A DNA stretch of 63,126 nt, counting the filler, from Ministeria vibrans ATCC 50519 (lineage: Eukaryota > Protista > Filasterea), in NCBI GenBank assembly GCA_943704425.1. It is 10 parts of 10 records of this genome, joined end to end, with 100 filler letters (N's around TTAATTAATTAA, not from the genome) between each part and the next. Parts side by side here need not be neighbours in the genome. Positions count along the whole stretch, not along the records: positions 1 to 4,051 come from CALSCP010000678.1; positions 4,152 to 26,998 come from CALSCP010000328.1; 8 more parts are not named here. One strand, written 5' to 3'. The position numbers were made by a program, and so were the translations under genes. Below are positions 1-12,102 of this stretch, piece by piece; the first letter of the stretch is position 1, and each line of letters opens with the position of its first letter. Under the pieces are notes generated by a model. The model was not told the DNA's origin and made no database searches. It saw only the letters and a list, made by a program, of their open reading frames with translations.

Positions 1-45
<45 letters not shown>

Positions 46-232
46 AGTGATAGAGAGAGAGAAACAAAGTGATAGAGAGAGAGAAACAAAGTGATAGAGA
101 GAGAAACAAAGTGATAGAGAGAGAGAAACAGAGAGACAGAGACAAAGACATAGAGGAGAAAGAAACAAAGTTATAGAGAGAGGAGGGAGAAAGAAACAAA
201 GTGATAGAAAGAAAAAGAGAGAGGAGAGAAAG
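1..232. repeat. (GA)n microsatellite with repeated AAACAAAGTGAT core (intronic in ATIC)
   Basis: Direct inspection: gagagaaacaaagtgatagagag units of about 21-23 bp. Confidence 0.9.
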
Positions 233-272
233 ACTAGGTCAGAGAGACACTTCGCATCCACCAACTCCTCAC

Positions 273-1742
273 CTGTTTGTTCTGTGACACAATGTTCGCA
301 AAAAGTTCGCGAGTGACTCGGCGCGAATTGCGCGTCTGCGTGAGCTGCAGGCCGGCGACCTCGCGCATCTCAGTGGAAGGTGGCGTAAAAGTCGGGTCCA
401 TTGCAAGCAGCGTGTACTTCCCACCCTTCTTCTTCTGCAAAATGGCCAGGGCGTCGGCCGAGTAGCCAGGCGCAATGACTCCGTCGCTCACCTCGCGCGA
501 AATGATACGCGCCGTGCTCTCGTCGCATTCGTCCGAAAGGGCGATCCAGTCGCCAAAGCTGCTCATGCGGTCGGCACCGCGTGCACGTGCATAGGCAGTC
601 GCAAGCGGAGACAGTCCCTCTCGTTCGCTCTCCGGAATCATGCACAGGACTGCCTCCTCCGCTGTCAAGGTGTTCGCCACTGCTGCGCCCGCCGGACTCA
701 CGTGCTTGAACGAGGCAGCGGCAGGAAGCGACAACGCCTCCTTCAGCTCCTGCACAAGCTGAAACGCATTGAGTGCATCCAGCATGTTGATGTAGCCAGG
801 CGCATGGTTCACCACGCGGATGGGCAGCTGCGTCGCACTCGACGCAAGCGACAGCGTCACGTCCGCATGGCTTTGATGCGGATTAGTGCCATACCTCAGC
901 GGCATGGTGGTGGACGCATTCGGCAGCGTTGTGCGCAAATACGTGCTAATGTGGAAGTCGTAGCGTGCCGTGTGCACAAACGCCTTGACCGACAGTTGCT
1001 GGCGCAGATCGGCCGCGGCGGCCGCCTCAAGGGTGGCTGCACTCTCGGCGTACTCAGCAACCGCTTCATAATCGCTTGGGTCACACACCACAACGACCCG
1101 CTCGAGGTTCTTGGCAGCAGCGCGCAGCAGAGTCACCCCACCGATGTCGATGTTCTCCACCGCGTCCGTAAGGGAGCAGTCGGGGCGCGAAACGGTCTTT
1201 TCAAAGGGGTACAGGTTGCATACAACATAGTCAATGTAGTCGTAGCCGCGCGCCGTCATATCAGCCTCATCCCTTTCCGTATGACGCGCCAAAATCCCTA
1301 GAGTAATAATCAATAATAATAATTATTATTATTATTATTATTATGATGATGGATGAGTTTTCTTTTCATGTTGGAAAACATCGCGAAAGAAATCAAACGA
1401 TACCTCCATGCACGGCGGGGTGGAGAGTCTTGACACGTCCTCCGAGCATCTCGGGCGCATTCGTCAAGTCGGAAACCTCCCTAGACACGAGCGAGCAAGT
1501 GTCATGTTGTCTGGGCGCATGTCATCCCATCCCCTTACTTGATCGGAATGCCAGCGTCGCCGACCATCTTGGCCGTGCCCCCCGAGCCACAGAGTGACAC
1601 GCCCGCCTCGTGAAGGCGCTTGGCAAACGGAACCAGGCCAGTTTTGTCGGAAACGGAAAGAATCGCTGTTGGAAAGTGTCAGAGAAAAACAAAGTAGATG
1701 ACAACAAGACAAATCGCATGAGAGATTCCTACCAATAGGCAT
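273..1742 (-). CDS. ATIC: Bifunctional AICAR transformylase/IMP cyclohydrolase (PurH/ADE16-17), multi-exon, 3' end off contig
   Basis: Spliced N-terminus [21 protein letters not shown]...[81 protein letters not shown] introns; ATG at 1742. Confidence 0.96.
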
Positions 1743-1966
1743 GATGATTGAGTCAATTTCAAGTGAAAGTGCGATGAATGGGATCAAAAAAACTCTGTCA
1801 ATTGACTCAAATATCGCTCAACGATCAATTCAGTCTTATCATTTAAAATATTTTCGTACCTCTCGAATATGAATAAAGTCAAACTCATCCCCACAAGGAA
1901 AATCATCAACTCTTTTCTCACAATAAAGAATATCCTATTCAGGTTTCAGCACCATCGTACTACCCT
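1743..1966. promoter_or_regulatory. Putative bidirectional promoter between ATIC and ADE1
   Basis: 224-bp AT-rich interval between two divergent start codons. Function inferred from geometry only. Confidence 0.6.
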
Positions 1967-2639
1967 ATGGCACTTCTGATCAGCGAGTGCCCCGATTTGA
2001 AGCTGCTGGCGCGCGGCAAGGTTGGGTGTGACATGTCGCTCTCGTGTCCGACTCCCGCGTTGCCTGTAGGTCCGGGACATCTATGAGATTGACGACGACC
2101 GCCTGCTCTTTGTCACGACCGACCGCATCTCCGCCTTTGATGTGGTACGACGCGCAAAGTCACTTTCGATTATTATTATATTATGATGGGCTCAATGCAT
2201 TGTTCGCGCAGGTGATGAAAAACGGTATTCCCAACAAGGGGAAGGTTCTCAATGCCATCAGTCTGTTCTGGTTTGATCAGCTCAGCGACATCTGCGAGAA
2301 CCACCTGATTACGGCTAATGTCGATGAGATGTACGACCTTTGCTGCGTCTGCCGCTCACTCACCGTTTGCACAGGCCACTTGCCGTACAGCAGTACCGCG
2401 ACCAACTCGAGGGACGCGCCTTGCTTGTCCGCAGACTACAAATGCTCCCTGTCGAGGTACAGCGACTGTTGCCCGAGGAGTGTGCGTGTGGCGTTCTTGA
2501 AGGTCCACTGGTGTTGTTTTGTTCCTGCAGGCCATCATTCGGGGGTACATCACTGGATCAGCCTGGAAGGAATACAAAGCAAAGGGTAAGTCGTTGTGGT
2601 TGTCGAAGCTTGTGTATGTGTGTGTGTGTGTGTCTTTGT

Positions 2640-2723
<84 letters not shown>

Positions 2724-3706
2724 TGTATGTGTATGTGAATGCGTGTGTCTTTGTCTTTGTGGTGTGTGACTTTGTCTTTGTGGTGTATGTCTTTGTCTTT
2801 GTGGTGTATGTCTTTGTCTTTGTGGTGTGTGTCTTTGTCTTTGTGGTGTGTGTGTACCTGTCCATTAATGCGTTGACTCCTTGTTGAGTGTGTCTGGACT
2901 GTTTGCAGTTGCGCATTGGCTTTCTTTCCTCCCCCTCTCTCTTTCTCTATCACTTTGTTTTTCTTTCCACCCACGATTCAGCTCTCGCTTTTTTTTTCTC
3001 TCGCTCTGTCAAACCGTGATTGGGATGTGTAGGGACGGTCTGTGATATGGAAATGCCCAAGGGACTAGTGGAGTGTGCAAAACTAGAAGCGCCTCTTTAC
3101 TCTCCGAGCACCAAAGCCGAAGTGGGCGACCACGGTACATAGAAGGGCCACATACATGCCTTGTGTGAACTCACTCCATGTGTCTAGATGAAAACATTCA
3201 TCCGTCGGTTGCTGCACAAATACTGGGTGAGGAACGAGCTGCCAGCGTTGCTGCCACTGCCTTGGCCATCTATGTACGAGCGCGCGACATTGCCGAGCAG
3301 CGTGGCGTCATCATTGCAGACACCAAATTTGAGTTTGGAATCAACCCGGTCAGAACCACCTTCCTGCGAAACACACTCGCAACTCACATTCACACTGCAG
3401 GCGACAGGCGCGCTGACACTGGCCGACGAGGCTCTCACACCCGACTGTAGTCGGTTTTGGCTGCGCGAAAAGTACTGTGCTGGCCAAGCGCAGGAATCGC
3501 TCGACAAACAATTTGTGCGCAATCATTTGGCGCAGAGCAGCGACTTTCAAACCATCCTCGGCAATCTTAGCGCCCTCAAGACCGCCTTTGCGCAGAGCTC
3601 AGACGCCACGCCCCACTCGGTCGCTATGCTTGGTATTGTCCTTCCATCCGACATTGTCGTGGCAACCGAAAAGATCTACGACACTGTATTGAACATGTTC
3701 AAGTAA
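1967..3706 (+). CDS. ADE1: Monofunctional SAICAR synthetase (PurC/ADE1 type), multi-exon
   Basis: Spliced [96 protein letters not shown]; TAA at 3706. Confidence 0.95.
2612..2855. repeat. (TG)n microsatellite plus 21-bp minisatellite GTCTTTGTCTTTGTGGTGTRT in an ADE1 intron
   Basis: Direct inspection. Confidence 0.9.
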
Positions 3707-4051
3707 ACCGAAAGAGATGCAACATCCATCACAACACCAACGATGTGGCTATCGTATATCTCAAGAACCACATTGCTACACGAATTTCTTTACTCTGTTC
3801 TTTTACGTCTTGTGGATTTTACAATGTTATTTTACGTCTTGTGGAATACACCAATCTGTTTTACAAGTCGGATGAGTGTTCGGTCGCATCAGACAAGCTC
3901 ACTGCCTCCGCCAGTGTACTCTGCAGCACTCCATAGTCTGTAGAAGTGAATGTCTGTCGCCTCTGCTTCTCAGCGACTTTGTCTGCAACACAAAAAAAAC
4001 CAAAAAAAAAAAAAAAAAAAAAAAAAGTTACAAACCTTAATCTCCTTAATC

Positions 4052-4151
4052 NNNNNNNNNNNNNNNNNNNNNNNNNNNNNNNNNNNNNNNNNNNNTTAAT
4101 TAATTAANNNNNNNNNNNNNNNNNNNNNNNNNNNNNNNNNNNNNNNNNNNN
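4052..4151. other. Artificial contig linker N44-TTAATTAATTAA-N44; also at ~26999-27098, 34993-35092, 38081-38180, 46654-46753, 51355-51454, 53541-53640, 59266-59365, 61406-61505
   Basis: The same 12-mer, with stops in all six frames and flanked by N runs, occurs nine times. Confidence 0.97.
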
Positions 4152-4567
4152 GAAGAAAGAAACAAAGTGATAGAGAGAGAAGAAAGAAACAAAGTGATAG
4201 AGAGAGAAGAAAGAAACAAAGTGATAGAGAGAGAAGAAAGAAACAAAGTGATAGAGAGAGAAGAAAGAAACAAAGTGATAGAGAGAGGAGAAAGAAACGA
4301 AGTGATAGAGAGAGAAGAAAGAAACAAAGTGATAGAGAGAGGAGAAAGAAACAAAGTGATAGAGAGAGGAGAAAGAAACAAAGTGATAGAGAGAGAAGAA
4401 AGAAACAAAGTGATAGAGAGAGAAGAAAGAAACAAAGTGATAGGGAGAGAAGAAAGAAACAAAGTGATAGAGAGAGGAGAAAGAAACAAAGTGATAGAGA
4501 GAGGAGAAAGAAACAAAGTGATAAAGAGAGGAGAAAGAAACAAAGTGATAGAGAGAGGAGAAAGAAC
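4152..4567. repeat. 27-bp tandem minisatellite (AGAAAGAAACAAAGTGATAGAGAGAGR), ~15 copies
   Basis: Direct inspection; gives the spurious ORF IEREERNKV x n. Confidence 0.95.
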
Positions 4568-4597
4568 AAATGAGATTGTTGAATTTGGTTTCGTTAG

Positions 4598-5791
4598 CGA
4601 CTGGAACAGTTTTCTCATGCGCGATTGAGAGCGGAATACCTTGTGGGTGTTTCGTCACTTTTAAAGTCGCTGCACGTACGAAATGCCGCAAGAAAATTTG
4701 TCCAAACAGTAAGAGATGTGAAAGAGAAATGATAGGCACACATACAACAGTACATGCTTATATACAAGTGTTATAATTATGACATGCAGCCGCTTGTCAA
4801 GAGTGACCCACGAATGACCCACATTTCAAATTGTGATGTGATCCTAACCCTAACCTTAATACCCCTAGCACATTGGCTCCTCTCCCTTCCTATGCGTCCA
4901 TCTGCGTCGTTCCGACTCCTTTGACCCGTCCGTCCGCAAAAACATATGTGCCCACCTCCTCCGCCCGTCCAAGCGCACTCCTCTCTCTTCCCGTCACATT
5001 GAGTGGTGTTATGATGTTCTCGATGAGTTTCGTGTCGTTGCAATTATTAACTCCCTCAAATCCCAATATAACCTCAAAAAGGTGTATTTGGCCACAAATT
5101 CACACTATAAAGTAAGACTCAATAACTATTTTATTAATAATTAAGTAATGTCTTCTTCTTCTTCTTCTAAATTGGAAACGTTTTTTTCTTCTTTTTCTTC
5201 TAATAAATTTACGTTCACTCATTTGTTTTATTTTTTATTGCTTTTATAGATTGAATTGGGAATTTATCAGAAGAATTTTTCTCCAGTGACTTATCAACAA
5301 GAGGTAAAAGTAACCATTACTAGTTGTATTTTATTATACTAATGCGGTTTGAAAGTGATAAAAATACTCAATTGTCAACATATGAATCATCTCACTCTCT
5401 CTCATTCTGTGTTTCAGAGTGCTCTGGTTCAGTCTCATCAGACGCACTCTCTCTATGTGGCTCTGGTTGAACAACAAATCTGTGAAATGAGCTCAGTTTT
5501 CATTGGAAGTCAAACCAGTTCCTTTTCCTATCAAATTGCATTTTCTCGCTTAGCAAATGGTCAGTTCATGATAATAATAACATAATTATACATAATAACA
5601 ATAATTATTAACAATAATAACAATAATAATAATTTGTGTTCTTATTGTTCTTCTTAGGGAATGGAAATAATTATTATTTTCGTGATTTCGTCGATTCGAA
5701 ATGGACTCAAAATTCAATAACAGAAAACACAGTAAGAAAGAATGAGATAAAAAATGAAAACTATTTAAACATCATTACTCAAAATATGTGA
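4598..5791 (+). CDS. GDP-fucose protein O-fucosyltransferase family (POFUT2-like) 3' portion, 5 exons; 5' end off contig
   Basis: Manual splicing gives RLEQFSHARLRAEYL...RKFVQT|HIGSSPFLCVHLRRSD...KKVYLATNSHYK|IELGIYQKNFSPVTYQQE|...YVALVEQQICEMSSVFIGSQTSSFSYQIAFSR. These match the O-FucT motifs HLRRxD, VYLATx and EQxIC...FIGS..SSFS. Mostly absent from the ORF track. Confidence 0.8.
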
Positions 5792-7398
5792 ATCCAACAA
5801 AAAATAATAACGTCATGATTATAATTAATAATAATAATAATTATTATTATTATTATTATTAATTAGAAGAAGAAGAAGAATACAACCCATTTATTAATGA
5901 TAATTAATTAGATTTGTTCGATTGCGAATCAAATGCCAAACCCTAAAACTGGTTATGAAATTCACTTGAAGGTAAAAAAGAAGAATAATAAATCATTGTT
6001 GTTAATGTTTTCTTCACTGTTTTGAGATAACTAAACCAATGTTATTTGATAGTGTAAAGAGGACAAAACCATTTCAAAGATTGAATTTGCGAGTTTTGGA
6101 AGTCCAAACGTAAAAATTAAGAAAGACACAAACAAAATGAGAGATGACACAATTATATTGATTGTGTGCCATTTTTAGGGAGTTTGTGGATCATTTTTAA
6201 AGACGGATTGTCATATGAGCGAGTCGCTCTCAATTGTGCAAAAACACTGTTTAAAGTAACTCTATTCAAACAAAAAGGGTTTTTTGTTCTGATTTTTGTT
6301 TTATTTTGGGTTTAGTCGAAAAGAGTGTTTTGTGAGATTTTCCGATTTTCTACGAGAAAAACCGCTCTTTCAGTGTTTCATCAAAGGATCTTACTCCATT
6401 GCCGTGCAGGCTATTTGTACCCATCTGTAGACTAAACGAACCACTCATTATTATAATAATTAGAAGAAGAAGAANNNNNNNNNNNNNNNNNNNNNNNNNN
6501 NNNNNNNNNNNNNNNNNNNNNNNNNNNNNNNNNNNNNNNNNNNNNNNNNNNNNNNNNNNNNNNNNNNNNNNNNNNNNNNNNNNNNNNNNNNNNNNNNNNN
6601 NNNNNNNNNNNNNNNNNNNNNNNNNNNNNNNNNNNNNNNNNNNNNNNNNNNNNNNNNNNNNNNNNNNNNNNNNNNNNNNNNNNNNNNNNNNNNNNNNNNN
6701 NNNNNNNNNNNNNNNNNNNNNNNNNNNNNNNNNNNNNNNNNNNNNNNNNNNNNNNNNNNNNNNNNNNNNNNNNNNNNNNNNNNNNNNNNNNNNNNNNNNN
6801 NNNNNNNNNNNNNNNNNNNNNNNNNNNNNNNNNNNNNNNNNNNNNNNNNNNNNNNNNNNNNNNNNNNNNNNNNNNNNNNNNNNNNNNNNNNNNNNNNNNN
6901 NNNNNNNNNNNNNNAGTTGTTGTTGTTGTTGTTGTTGTTGTTGTGGCTGTGGGATGGCTGCGCACGCCCGACACCGGAACGTGTCGACCGACGCGCCGGC
7001 GGGGATGTTGAAGCGCGCAAAGGCTGGGCCCGCCATGCCCCAGCTGATGCAGGTGGTGCCCGTGATGAGTGCGTTGCAGCGCAGCAGTAGCAATTATAAT
7101 AATTATAAGAACAATACTAATTTCATTACAAAATCAATACAATACATTAATTTCTAATAACAATCATAACAATATAATTACTGTCAATAATAAGAAAATA
7201 CGATCGTCAAACAATGTAACATCTGTTCAGGCACAAAAAAAGCCGTCCTGAATTTGCTCTCGTTGCAAACTGCATGAGATAAATCAGTGAATAATAATAA
7301 TAATAATTATTATTATTTTTATTATTATTAATTTTGTTATTGCGCCATTGAAATTTTATTTGAAATTGTAACTTTTTACTTTACACACTTTTTTTGCG

Positions 7399-9380
7399 AT
7401 GCTCAATGACTCCACCTGGGACGCCGGGCTGGACACCACAAACGTCAATGAGAAGACAGCGTTGGTGACGCCCAAGCGCGCGGTGTACAAGCGGCGCTGG
7501 TGGGTCTTGTTTGTGTTGTCGCTCGTCTCATTCATCCAGAGTCTCTTCTGGATCACATTCTCGCCGGACAAGGCGGAAGTCATCAAGCTGTATGGCTGGT
7601 CAGACTTCCAGATCACTCTTCTGGCTGCATGGGGCCCGCTGGGCTTCCTTGTTGCTGGCTTTCTTGCCCCATTGATCATCAAGCGATATGGATTGCGCGC
7701 CAGTGAGTTTTTTGATCATGAGACCGATCTCGTTTGTCACTCACTCACTCACACACACTCGCACGGCTCTCCGTGCTTTCCCCCTCAGGCATCACGATCT
7801 CAGCTGGCATGATGTTCCTGGGCGCGACCATCCGCTGCTTTACGGACCGTCCGCCAGCGGCTCTGTACGTCGCAAACGCAGCGCAGATCATCAACTCCTT
7901 TGCCGGTCCCTTTGTCCTCTCCACGCCGACCATGCTGAGCGAAGAGTGGTTTCCGGTGCACGAGCGCACCACAAGCACTGCCATCGCCGTCATGGCCAAC
8001 TGGGGCGGTCAGGCGTTTGGCTTTCTCTTTGCGCTGCCCGTCAAGACGACGCACGACTTCCAGCTGCTGCTCTACAGCGAAGCAGGCCTCGCTGCCGTCG
8101 TCCTTGCCATTGCGCTCGCCGACCACTTCTTCCCCGCACGCCCCCCGACGCCCCCGTCTGAGTCAGAGGAGCTCAACGGCCCTCTCGGCTCCAACCCGTC
8201 CTTCTCAATGCTTGCCGATATGCGTCTGCTCCTCTCCAACCCCTCCTTCCTACTCATGGTACCACCGATTCCCGACCCGACCACAAAAAAAAAGCCTCTC
8301 TGATAGTCTAGTATGCGTATGATAGGTGCTTGTGTACGGGATCACGTCAGGCACGTTTGGCGGGTGGAGTGGAGTTCTCGATGTGATTCTCGACCCTTTG
8401 GGCTACTCACAGTCCGTGGCCGCCTGGCTTGGGTTTGCGTCGACCATGGTCTCCATTGTGGGGGGCATTGCGGCCGGGTACTATGCTGATCGGATGCTCT
8501 TGCGCACAGGTAGCGGGGAGAGAAACACAAGAGAGAGAGAGAGCGAGAGAGCGAGAGAGACAACCAACCAACAAACCAACCAAGCGATACATGCACACAC
8601 ATACACATACACCACTCACCCCACCCTCTTTGTCTCCTCACATCTTACAGGCTTCCGTGTTGCAATGATGTTCCTGTTCTTGCTCAGCACCATCTGCTTT
8701 ACCTGGTTTGCGCTCGTCGCCAACGGCATTCTCCCGGCAAACCTTCCTTCCCTTTACATCAGTACTTGTCTCGGCGCCTTTGCCATCAACTCCTCTGCCG
8801 CCATGTTCTACGAGGGTGTTGTTGAACAGACCTATCCCGCCCATGCCTTTTTTTCTACAAACATGCTTGTTTTTGCCTTTAATGGTATGTTTCTCTCACT
8901 TGGTCACCGAAACTGACTCTGACGTTACTCACTCTCTTTCTCCTATTCACACTCACACATCTCTCTCTCTCTCGCTCTTTCTTTCTTTCTTTATTCTTTC
9001 TTCCGTGTGTTCTAGTCATCAGTGCGATCTACAATCTGCTGGGGAGCAAAGTGCCCCCTCAAGTGATGAACCTTCTTCTGCCCATTTCCAGTGCTTTGGC
9101 CGTTGTTCTTATTTTCTTTATGCGCGAACGTCGCGAGCGCAGTACGATTGATCTGAATGATTCACACTCGACCAAACGTCGCCATGTGGATAACGTCATT
9201 GATGTCACTGCATATGATGATTCGATCTTGGTCACGCCTGCTCTCAATGACTCGTACAATATCAACACCACTGATATGATGACGAGTGCGATTGTGTCGG
9301 ATGGAGACGATGATGATGGGGAAGACGCCCTCTTTGATAGGGTTCAGCCCCAGTCCCGTCTCGATACCACTTGTAACTGA
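7399..9380 (+). CDS. MFS transporter, SLC49 (DIRC2/FLVCR-like) family, multi-exon
   Basis: VYKRRWWVLF...QSLFWITFSP, ITLLAAWGP, LSEEWFPVHERTTSTAI, FPARPPTPPS, FYEGVVEQTYP; about 12 hydrophobic segments; N-terminal EKTALV dileucine-like signal. Confidence 0.88.
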
Positions 9381-9776
9381 TTATTGAAATTATTACTCGT
9401 TAATATGAATTCTCAATATTCATATTACTATTCTATTCTATTTACCTTAGTTCCATTCCTATCATCATCTGAGCACTCTCTACTCATATCATATAATACG
9501 TCGTGACAATTGAAATATTGAATTCAAGCATCAATAACAATTATAGGCTTACAACATGGGTGTCAGCTCAGTGAGTGGGCTGAATCAACAAAACTGGAAC
9601 AACAAACTGACTTAGTTCTTCAGTTGTGATCAGTCTTCTAATTCTTATTCATGAATAAATGGGTTGTATTCTTCTTCTTAATTCTTATTCAATATTCTTT
9701 CTCGCCTTTCACTTCTCCCCTTCAATCGCCTTGCCTTGCTCTCTCCCCTCTCGTGTCTCGGTGAGTGCTCTCGGTC

Positions 9777-11212
9777 ATGCCTCGTCCCGGGGCGTGCTCG
9801 CGCAATCGGACGGACGACTTCCTCAACTGCCGCCGCCAACTGTAAGCAGCTGTGCGCCCCCTCCTGCCGCCTGCTCCCCTTCCACCTGACTTCCCGCCTC
9901 TCGCAAGCAACAAGCGTGCTTTATATGCTCCAGATCCTTTTGTTTTGCTTTGCCATATCCTCTCTCAACATTCTGTCGTTGCAGTTCGTCGTCGCACGCG
10001 AGTTCCCGAGGGAGTGCCGGCGACAAAGGCGCGCGAAAGGCATCGTCCCGGTCCCTAGGACGGCTTGGATCCAAGGGAAAGTCGCGGCGCGGCGGCTACA
10101 ACCCGCTGCCGACGGGTGCGGACGACGACGACGACTTTGACGATTTCGACGACGCCATTACGAGCGAACGAGCCGCCCTTGTGGGTCGATCGCCCGCCGA
10201 CGGTTCCTCGGCAAGACACTCCTCGGGTCAGCTGCGCGACACCCGCGTGGACGTCGAGCCTTTGGCGCCACAGGTGAAAACTCTCCTGCTCATATGGAAA
10301 TTCAAAAATAACTCAACCTTTTCTGAGCTCACAGTGGGTTGACCGAGTGCAAGATGCCCGGTTTCAAATGGAGGCATTGCGCTCCAAGATGGACGCACTC
10401 GCAGAAATGCACGACGATCACCGTAAGACACAACAGACAACACACACAACAACAACACACTCACTTTGTGTGTCTGACTGCGTATAGTCAATCGACCGGA
10501 ATTGGAAGAGACAGCGCAGCAACACACAATCGAGATTGCCACACAGGAAATCACCGATGGCATGCGCACTTGTCAGCGATGTATTGCGCAAATCCGCCCG
10601 CAAAACACAATGACAAATGCCAAAGAGACACAAATGATCAAAAACGCACAGAGTGCGCTTGCACGTCAACTGCAGTCCCTCTCAAGCGCACTTCGCACTG
10701 CCCAAAATGTCTATTTGGAAAATGTTAGTTCGCGTGCGGTTCGTTTGGGCTCAAATGTCCCGTTAAGTGACTCAATTTTTGACCCGAGAGCAGATCAAAT
10801 CAACAAAAACCGCTCAACGGTATGTACACACACAACTGCACTACAGAAAAACACAGAGAATTCTCAATTGGTTTGCTTTTTTAAGGGGTTTAATGAGACA
10901 CAAACACAAAGAATGGCAGATCAGAGCGAGCTGATTGGGACGCGCGACAAAGAAGTGACTGAAATTGTGCGCTCAATCGAACAACTGCAGAGCATTTTTC
11001 GCGATTTGGGCCAACTGATTGTCGATCAGGGGACAGTTTTGGACCGAATTGACTATAACATTGAGATGACCAGTCAGAGTGTCACAATTGCTCATTCGGA
11101 ACTCACAAAGGCCGAAAAATATCAGAAATCGGGTCTGAAAAAGAAGATTATTCTCATTCTGAGTGCGCTCATTGCAATTTTGTTGCTTGCTATTCTTTTT
11201 CGCAAACTGTAA
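9777..11212 (+). CDS. STX16: Syntaxin-16/Tlg2-like Qa-SNARE, multi-exon
   Basis: N-peptide SRNRTDDFLNCR, Habc region (PQ|WVD...HDDH|LNRPELEET...IEIATQEIT), SNARE motif RDKEVTEIVRSIEQLQSIFRDLGQLIVDQGTVLDRIDYNIE, C-terminal TM. Confidence 0.9.
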
Positions 11213-12102
11213 CACACACACACGCACACACACATACATACATACAAACAAAAGAAAAAATCACAAATGTTGTACGAGTAAAAACAATCAAACTATAAAG
11301 CTAAATCAAGACATTCTATTGAGAATGCATTGACAAGAATTCCACAAAAATGACTTCCTTGATAACACTCCCTATCAAAAAAGGGCTCAGATCAAATGTT
11401 ATTTGATCAAAGCGGAGTAGAGCGGTAGCAAAAACTGTAATGTTGAAGCGGGAACTTACGGAACGTGATCCAAATGAATTTGATCGAAGAGAGATAACGG
11501 AACGCGATCAAAATTACCCCTTGGCCTTGATCACTTTTTTTGTTTGCCCTCGCTCCAGTCCCTCAACATATATAAAGTAAGCCTTCCCGCGTTGCAGCTG
11601 AGCGGGATACACCAAGCCCCCGACGGCATGTCGCGCAGGTGGTCCAGCTAGGCCGGACCCCTTTTGCTGTCGAAGAAATGTCGGGTCGATTCGACCTTCA
11701 TTCGACCTTCATTCGACCGCCCGCAAAAAAAAAAAAAAAAAAAAAAATTCCCCCTTCCCTCTCGACCAATATGCAGTCCGGCGAGAAAATCCAATCGAAA
11801 AGGACCCGTTTCTTTATTGTTTCAACCATTGGACCCAACGATGCACAGAAAGAGTGCTCGTAAAAGCAAAACAGGTCTCTTCTCGCTTAAAACTTTTTTT
11901 TGTTTTGTCAAACACAAACATTGTTGCAAGTTTGTTGCGACAAGAGCAAAAGGAATGCGAGTCAAGGGAGACAATGCTCCTTCCTTTCATCAATGCATGC
12001 AGCCGATTCGTAGACAATTTTATCCCCAGCTCCCTTTAAAGTCTCTCGGCCGTTTTTTTTTTCTCTTTTTTTAGCCGCACATCAAAACGCCCTCGCCGCC
12101 TC

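Noticed and set aside
2340-2974. ORFs of CV/HT/LS/ER dipeptide runs here and at 16154-16592, 54434-55111, 56345-56668, 61450-61859
   Set aside because: Translations of intronic microsatellites.
3860-3984. Possible last exon of a minus-strand gene (DKVAEKQRRQ...SSDL*)
   Set aside because: Too short and featureless, and the rest is off contig.
4096-4107. Recurrent TTAATTAATTAA palindrome as a biological site
   Set aside because: Always centred in N runs; it is an artificial six-frame-stop linker.
4152-4567. Possible CRISPR-like array
   Set aside because: Contiguous 27-bp units with no unique spacers and no cas genes; it is a minisatellite.
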